From the human T2T-CHM13v2.0 reference genome, Homo sapiens: a stretch of 64,000 nucleotides of DNA. Location: NCBI RefSeq assembly GCF_009914755.1, contig NC_060947.1; one strand, 5' to 3'. Shown here one piece after another: positions 55,611 through 64,000 of the stretch. The position numbers were made by a program, and so were the translations under genes. Under the pieces are notes generated by a model that was not told the origin of the DNA, did not search any database, and saw only the letters and a program-made list of their open reading frames with translations. Numbering within the stretch: position 1 is the first letter of the stretch; every line of letters begins with the position of its first letter.

Positions 55611-56165
55611 AGAGCTAAAAGCAGAACTACCATAGACCCAGCAATCCCATTACTGAGTATATACCCAGAGGACTATAAATCATTCTACCATAAAGACACA
55701 TGAATATAAATGTTCATTGCAGTAGTATTCACAATAGCAAAGACATGAAATCAACCTAAATGTCCTTTAATAATAGATTGGATAAAGAAAATGTGGTACA
55801 CGTGTACCATGGAATATGATATATCCATAAAGAAGAATGAGATCATGTATTTAGCAGGAACTAGGATGAAGCTGGAGGCTATTACTAGCAAACTTACGCA
55901 GGGACAGAAAACCAAATATCTCATGTTCTCAGTTATAAGTGGGATCTAAATGATAAGAACTTATGAACACAAGGAAGGAAACAACAGACACTGGGTTCTA
56001 CTTGAGGAGGGATGGTGGGAGGAGAGGGAAAAGTAGAAAGCATAACTATTGGGTACTGAGCATAATACCTGGGTGATGAAATAATATGTACAACAACCCC
56101 CCTTGACACCTGTTTACCTGCATAACAAACCTTCACATGTACGCCGAAACCTAAAATAAAAGTTT
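55611..56165 (+). mobile_element. Older L1PA/L1PB 3' region
   Basis: gacccagcaatcccattactg...aaacctaaaataaaag. Confidence 0.9.
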
Positions 56166-56667
56166 TTTTTTTAAAAATTCCAAATGTTGGATAAAGTTTT
56201 CTCAAGAAGCATAAGTGACTTTTCACCTTTTTTTCCCTCTAAATACCTATGTAGGAAAGCTACATAATTTACCTGAGTGTCAGTTTCTTAGTATTTATCC
56301 TACAAAATTATTGCATCAGATAATCTATAATAGTTGTGTATTCTTCCTCTCATACACACACATCCAGTTTTCTGAAAATCCCCTTTTCAATGATAAAAAC
56401 TTTAATTCCATTTCAGACAGAATCTACTTGATCTCTTGAGCTTACTGTTTACCTTCTTCTCAAATTACACTCTTCCCTTGGCATCTGTAACTTATTCTCA
56501 GACTTTCTTCTTATTTTTCTGGTGCTCTTTTTAAATGTCATGTGAAGGCTCCTTCTGAAGATGATGAGGTTACATCTTAGACTTGGCTTATTTTCAGATT
56601 TCTGAATTGAGGAATAACAGTTCTAACAGTAAACACTCAGCTGTGTGCTACTGTGTTCGATACACAA

Positions 56668-58031
56668 TAGCCACTGGGGTACACACTTATAGCCCTTGGC
56701 TGTGATTATGTTTTTCTTCAGCTTCTTTGTTGAGAGCAGGGTGGTGAGGAGGCAGGCAAGATGGTGTGTTCTGTTAGGTTTCTTTACATGCTTTAGCTCC
56801 AGCATTTATGGCACCCCTTGCTTGTGATCCGTCTAAATAAAGATTGCCCATCAGGCTTTTGTGTATATGAGCTCTCATGAAAATAATCTAGGCTTTGTTT
56901 ATAGATTAACAACACAACATAGGAGTGGTGATTACAGCCAGCAGAAGAGATAAGATCAGCTAGAGATTGTGTAAAGGGAATTGAGCATCATATTGAGGCC
57001 AAGACTATAGTAAATACTGTGTGTGCAGCAAAGGACCCCTCAGAAGAGTACTTCTTTCCCCTGAATTGCAAAACAATTTGCCAAAAAGAAGATAATTGAA
57101 AGAGAATATCACCACTGATAGACTTGAAAGAATTATAGCAGTGGGAACCATTGCCCAGGGTGCAGGCAATATGGGATATATTGTTTGTAGACAATTTGAA
57201 ACCAGTAAAGTTGACTGAGAATTGGTCTGTTTTTTTACTGTCACTATCCACTGGCAATTCTAAACAAAGTCAGTGATAAAATATTCTCCTGGAAAAATGT
57301 TTTGGTCTTAGTTCTAAACAGTTGCTGCAGAATGTAGTTATGTTTAATATTGTATATGTAAACTTCATGTTTATTACCTATTCTTTAATCAACATTGTGT
57401 TCTATGGGAACATTATTTTAAAGTACTCTTAGTCATACAGTTGTCCTCTGATATAGCTATATGCATTCATTTCATGAATAAGTAACAATTTGATGGTTCA
57501 AGGCCTTTCAGATCATTCCTGCCTCCAACACTTGTGGAACTACATATATGTAGGCGTGAACAGTAGATTGGAAACAATGATGACCTAGCAATTGTGGAGA
57601 CAGGATTGAGTTCATTTTTATTTTAGCACAAAAATGAGCTATTACTATATTTTATAGTCAGTAATAATTGTTATCTACATATTTAACCATTTGATTTGTA
57701 TATTGTTTCTCACATCCTGCTCTTTTCTCTGGTTAAAATACATCCTTTCTTCTGCTCTTTGGTAGTTTTGTGGTTGCCTCCACACAGTCTCCTGGGAACC
57801 ACATGTCCAGAAATGGGCCTGATAATGGTAACGCAATGGTCCTTCCCTGCAGCAATATTGAAGATGACACAAATTCATTCCCTCAGCCTGTGGCTTGCCC
57901 TAGTTCCTGGTAGTGCAGCTGCTTGCATCCTTTAGCCATTGAGATACACACTCACAGCCCTTGGCTGTGATCATGCTTTCATTCAGCTTCTTTGTTGAAG
58001 GTAGGGTGGTGAGGAGGCAGGCAAGATGGTG
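56668..58031. repeat. 99-bp direct repeat pair (56668-56766 and 57933-58031)
   Basis: Ungapped hand alignment with about 12 mismatches in 99 bp. Confidence 0.9.
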
Positions 58032-59236
58032 CTTTTGCATATTTCTTTTCCAGGAGCCTAACAGGCTGCATGTTATGTTCCATTTCTGGTTTATGGAGAT
58101 GTGTATCTTGGTTTTCAAGAGTGATTGCTTTAAAAAAAATCCATCATTGTTATGTTGGGAGCCAAGTGGGGATTTTACTGAATGTACCATACAGAACCAT
58201 CTTGGCCGGAAGCTATAGTTAGGACCTTGAGGCTCTTTCAAACAGACTGATGCAATCAGAAAATCTGTTACCAAGCAATATATTCACTTATAACAAGAAC
58301 CTTTATAATATCAGAAATGCTTTCAGGAGTTGAAAAATATCTTATTGAAACTTGTTTTTCATAAAACTAAAGTACTAGTACTTGATACATCATTACTGGG
58401 AATGCTGTGAAATACGATTTCCTTCAAAATTTCCCAAATACATTACTTTATTAAAACCACTTATTTTTTAAACTACAACTCTAACTCCTAAGGATTCACA
58501 GATATTGTGTTCACCATACTCAACATGTAGCTGAAAACAACATAATTGGGGAAATATACACAGTCCTTGACAAATCATAATTTGAGAGTTTGTTTGCTTC
58601 CAGTTGCCAGAGTACTGTGGAATCCTGTGGTGGATTTAAGTTTTATAAGTTTGTTTTCTTTTGTTCTTGAATTTTTAATAAGATGTAACACTTGAGTATG
58701 TACAGCCCTTGCCATTTGAACACCATGTACTCCTAGAGACTCTAGGAGAGTGAAATGCCCCACTATGGACTCTGAATAACATAAGTCATGATAGTAAAGC
58801 TATAACATTACATACAAGCAAAGCCATGGTAAGCCTTCATAACTTTTGAGATAGAAAAGCTTGCCCAGGTCAGAGATGCATAACAATATAACTGCAGTTT
58901 CAGCCTTGCTTTGAATTCTGACTGCTATCTTGGGAAAGTCAACCCCTTTGACCCACATGGTAAAAGGAGGACAGTGACAGTCACTTCACAGGTTTAGGAT
59001 GAGAATTGCAGGATATGAGTGATGCTCCATGCAACAGTGGACAATTACACTGAGAGCAACATGGGTGCCAAGAGAGATTTTGGTGATCAGCACTTACCTC
59101 CCATAAGCAGGAGAGCATCAAAAAATAGTTAGGAAACAAATGGAACTAGCCAAACTCATTATTTCATTAATGAGTAAAGTATGCCTCAAAGGCTTCACAA
59201 TGCTAGTTCTTGCCAGACCCAGAACTCATTTCTAGG

Positions 59237-59727
<491 letters not shown>

Positions 59728-59827
59728 TTTGTTTTTTAAAGCCAGTGAGTTAGATACACAACAAGTGAGCATGTTTGTGGTTCATGCTTTAGGCAGCTAA
59801 TGACTATGAGATTCTGAGCTTTGTATC

Positions 59828-60060
59828 ATATATATATATATATATTTGATAACTATATATATTTGATAACTATATATATTTGATAACTATATATATTTGA
59901 TAACTATATATATTTGATAAATATATTTGATAAATATATATATTTGATAAATATATATTTGATATATATATTTGATAAATACATTTATTTGATAAATGTA
60001 TATATTTGATAAATATGTATATATGAGATAAATATATATATTTGATAAATATATATATAA
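59828..60060. repeat. AT-rich minisatellite, 17-bp unit tatatatatttgataac and variants
   Basis: Four perfect units, then degenerate units. Confidence 0.93.
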
Positions 60061-60869
60061 AACAATTATATTTCTCATTTGTTCAATGCTGACTGTTAGA
60101 AAATCTATTTTGTTTTCCTAAAAGTAAAGACAGAGGGTTGGGGATGAAGTACCTTTATTAGTAAGTATCATGAACATAATCTCATAATGACTACTTACTA
60201 ATTTACAGTATAAATAGAATAGCGCTATCCTTGAATTCTAGCTTCTGATGTGTGTTAGGTAACTTCATGACATTTGTATAGTTAAATGAGCATAATATTG
60301 AAACAAATAACAGATCAGCTTAGTGCAGCTGTCCTGCAGGTGAGCCTGTGCCATGGGATACCACTTCTCTTTCCATGGTTTATAGATCATGTCTCTAGTC
60401 AGCCTGCATGCACAGAGTGGACTCAGTGAAAGAAATGCAGCAAAGAAGCCTAATGGGCTACTCCTGGTCCCAGTCTCAACTACTGTTCCTCATAGAGTTT
60501 TCATAGTCTCCATCAACTTTTGTGGCTCTCCAAATTCAGGTAATTAGTGGGATGTAATTTTCCTTTTGGTAACTGGGATATAATCTACCTATGCTTGAGA
60601 TTATATCCTTATCTTTTCCCCTCTTGGGCCTTGTTTCATCAACTATCAAAAACATCTTCATTCTTTCTTTCTCCACTGGATCTTAACTCGCAGTCTAAAA
60701 ATTTCTTAAGTCTAGTTTCTGAAAATCAGACTCTAAACTAGGGAATGTTGGAACAGTGACTTATTAAAGGATATTCTTTAGTAAACACCTGTAAGTGAGG
60801 AAATGAAGCAAGATAAAAAGTAGTGGAACTCAGCAAATACGTAGACTTGGCAAAAATCTAGTCCAGGAA

Positions 60870-60966
60870 GCCCCATACTATTTTCCATAGCTACTGCACC
60901 ATTTCACATTCCCACCAAAAGGGTACAAGGGTTTCACTTCCTCCATATTTTGCCTAACACTAGTTT

Positions 60967-61017
<51 letters not shown>

Positions 61018-61272
61018 CACACATATATAATATATATACATATTTTATATGTAGATAGGTAGATAGATAGCTATCCTAAAAAGTATGAAGTGATATCTCA
61101 CTATAGTGTTGATTTGCACTTCTCTGATAATTAATCATGTTGAGCATATTTTTATATATTTGTTGGACATTTGTATGTCTTCTTTGGAGAAATACCTGTT
61201 CAGGTCCTTTGCCCATTGTTTAATTGGATTATTTGGTTTTTGGCTATTGAATTGTAGGAGTTCCTTATCTTT
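60870..61272 (-). mobile_element. L1M fragment with (TA)n at 60970-61012
   Basis: ttgatttgcacttctctgataatt...tcttctttggagaaatacctgttcaggtcctttgcccat. Confidence 0.85.
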
Positions 61273-61274
61273 TT

Positions 61275-62199
61275 TGAAAGTTAGCCTAGGTTGGGAAAAA
61301 TTCTCAAACCATGATTTCCTCTGCTCTGACACCACAGCCATCATTAACACAGAAGAATTCTGTGACCAAATGTTGGGGAGAGTTAAGTTTTACCTACCAC
61401 CAAGTGAGCAATTAATTTTGTAAACAACACCAACTGGGTGTCCTCCAAGTCAATTCTGATGCTATCTACCTGGAAATAGTTTCCCATCCCACAAGTTGAG
61501 GGCTCAGTTCCCAAGACTGCCCTTTCTAGGACACTAGTCACATGTGCAGGTCTCCAGAACTGACCCACAGGCTTCAAGTTGGGTTTCCCATGATCCCTAC
61601 TTTGGGTTCAATTAATTTGATGGAGCAGGTCACAGAACTCAGGAAAATACTTATTTACATTTACTGGCTTAATATAAAGGATATTAACAAAGGATAGAGA
61701 TGAAAAGATGAGTAGGGTGAGATGTGAGGGAAGGGGCATGTAGCTTCTATGCCCTCCTTGAGTGTACCACACTCCAGGCACCTCTGCCTGCGCAGCTATC
61801 TAGAAGCTCCTGAACCTGTTCGTTTTGATTTTTATAGAGGTGTCATTACGTGAGCATGATTAAAAACTGTGTAGAAATATGACTGGACAAAAGGGCATTA
61901 TGCTAAGACTGATTTGGGAAACAAAGCAAGGCATGTCTTTTAAGAGTCTTCTTGGTTTGTCTGTACAGCATTCCTGCCTCCAAAGTATGGGCAGAACCCT
62001 CTCTGAAATGAGGGTTTTTTGACTCATGATCACATTAGAGTCCTGCTTTTCGAAAGGTAAAAGGACAGGAGAGGGTCAGAAAGACATATTCTATTTCCTG
62101 ATGTCTGCTTCTAGTGCTTAAAGTGCCCCAACATTATGACAAAATACTGTAATAAGGTCTGTGGCAGTTACAAGGCAGGAACCATGGATAAAAACCAAT
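61275..62199. mobile_element. MER21-type LTR
   Basis: ttctgtgaccaaatg...ctatctacctgga...cccacaagttgagggctcagttcccaagactgccc...ggtcacagaactcaggaaa. Confidence 0.75.

Positions 62200-64000
<1,801 letters not shown>

Noticed and set aside
56960-57900. Decayed coding sequence between the 99-bp repeats
   Set aside because: The frames I translated by hand contain stops and no motif I recognise, so it cannot be supported without a search.

Overview
Primate (most likely hominoid, judging from young L1PA3-5-type 3' ends and AluS copies) AT-rich, repeat-dense intergenic or deep-intronic DNA. No host protein-coding gene, RNA gene or CRISPR array can be supported. The ORFs I can recognise are L1 ORF2, THE1-internal or Alu remnants, and the rest look like chance ORFs. 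Contents are L1 fragments of many ages, MaLR LTRs (THE1/MST/MLT1), a nested ERV1 complex (MER4 with THE1D, LTR8 and THE1B inserts), Alus, DNA transposon fossils, L2/MIR and microsatellites. The most unusual structure is at 1-697: the end of a 35-bp-monomer satellite with dimer and 6-mer higher-order organisation, fused to a truncated MER57 LTR. Other points of note are several twin-primed inverted L1 insertions, an Alu nested antiparallel in another Alu, and an unexplained 99-bp direct repeat. I did not find convincing evidence of a new biological system. Repeat family names come from recalled consensus sequences and need RepeatMasker/Dfam confirmation.
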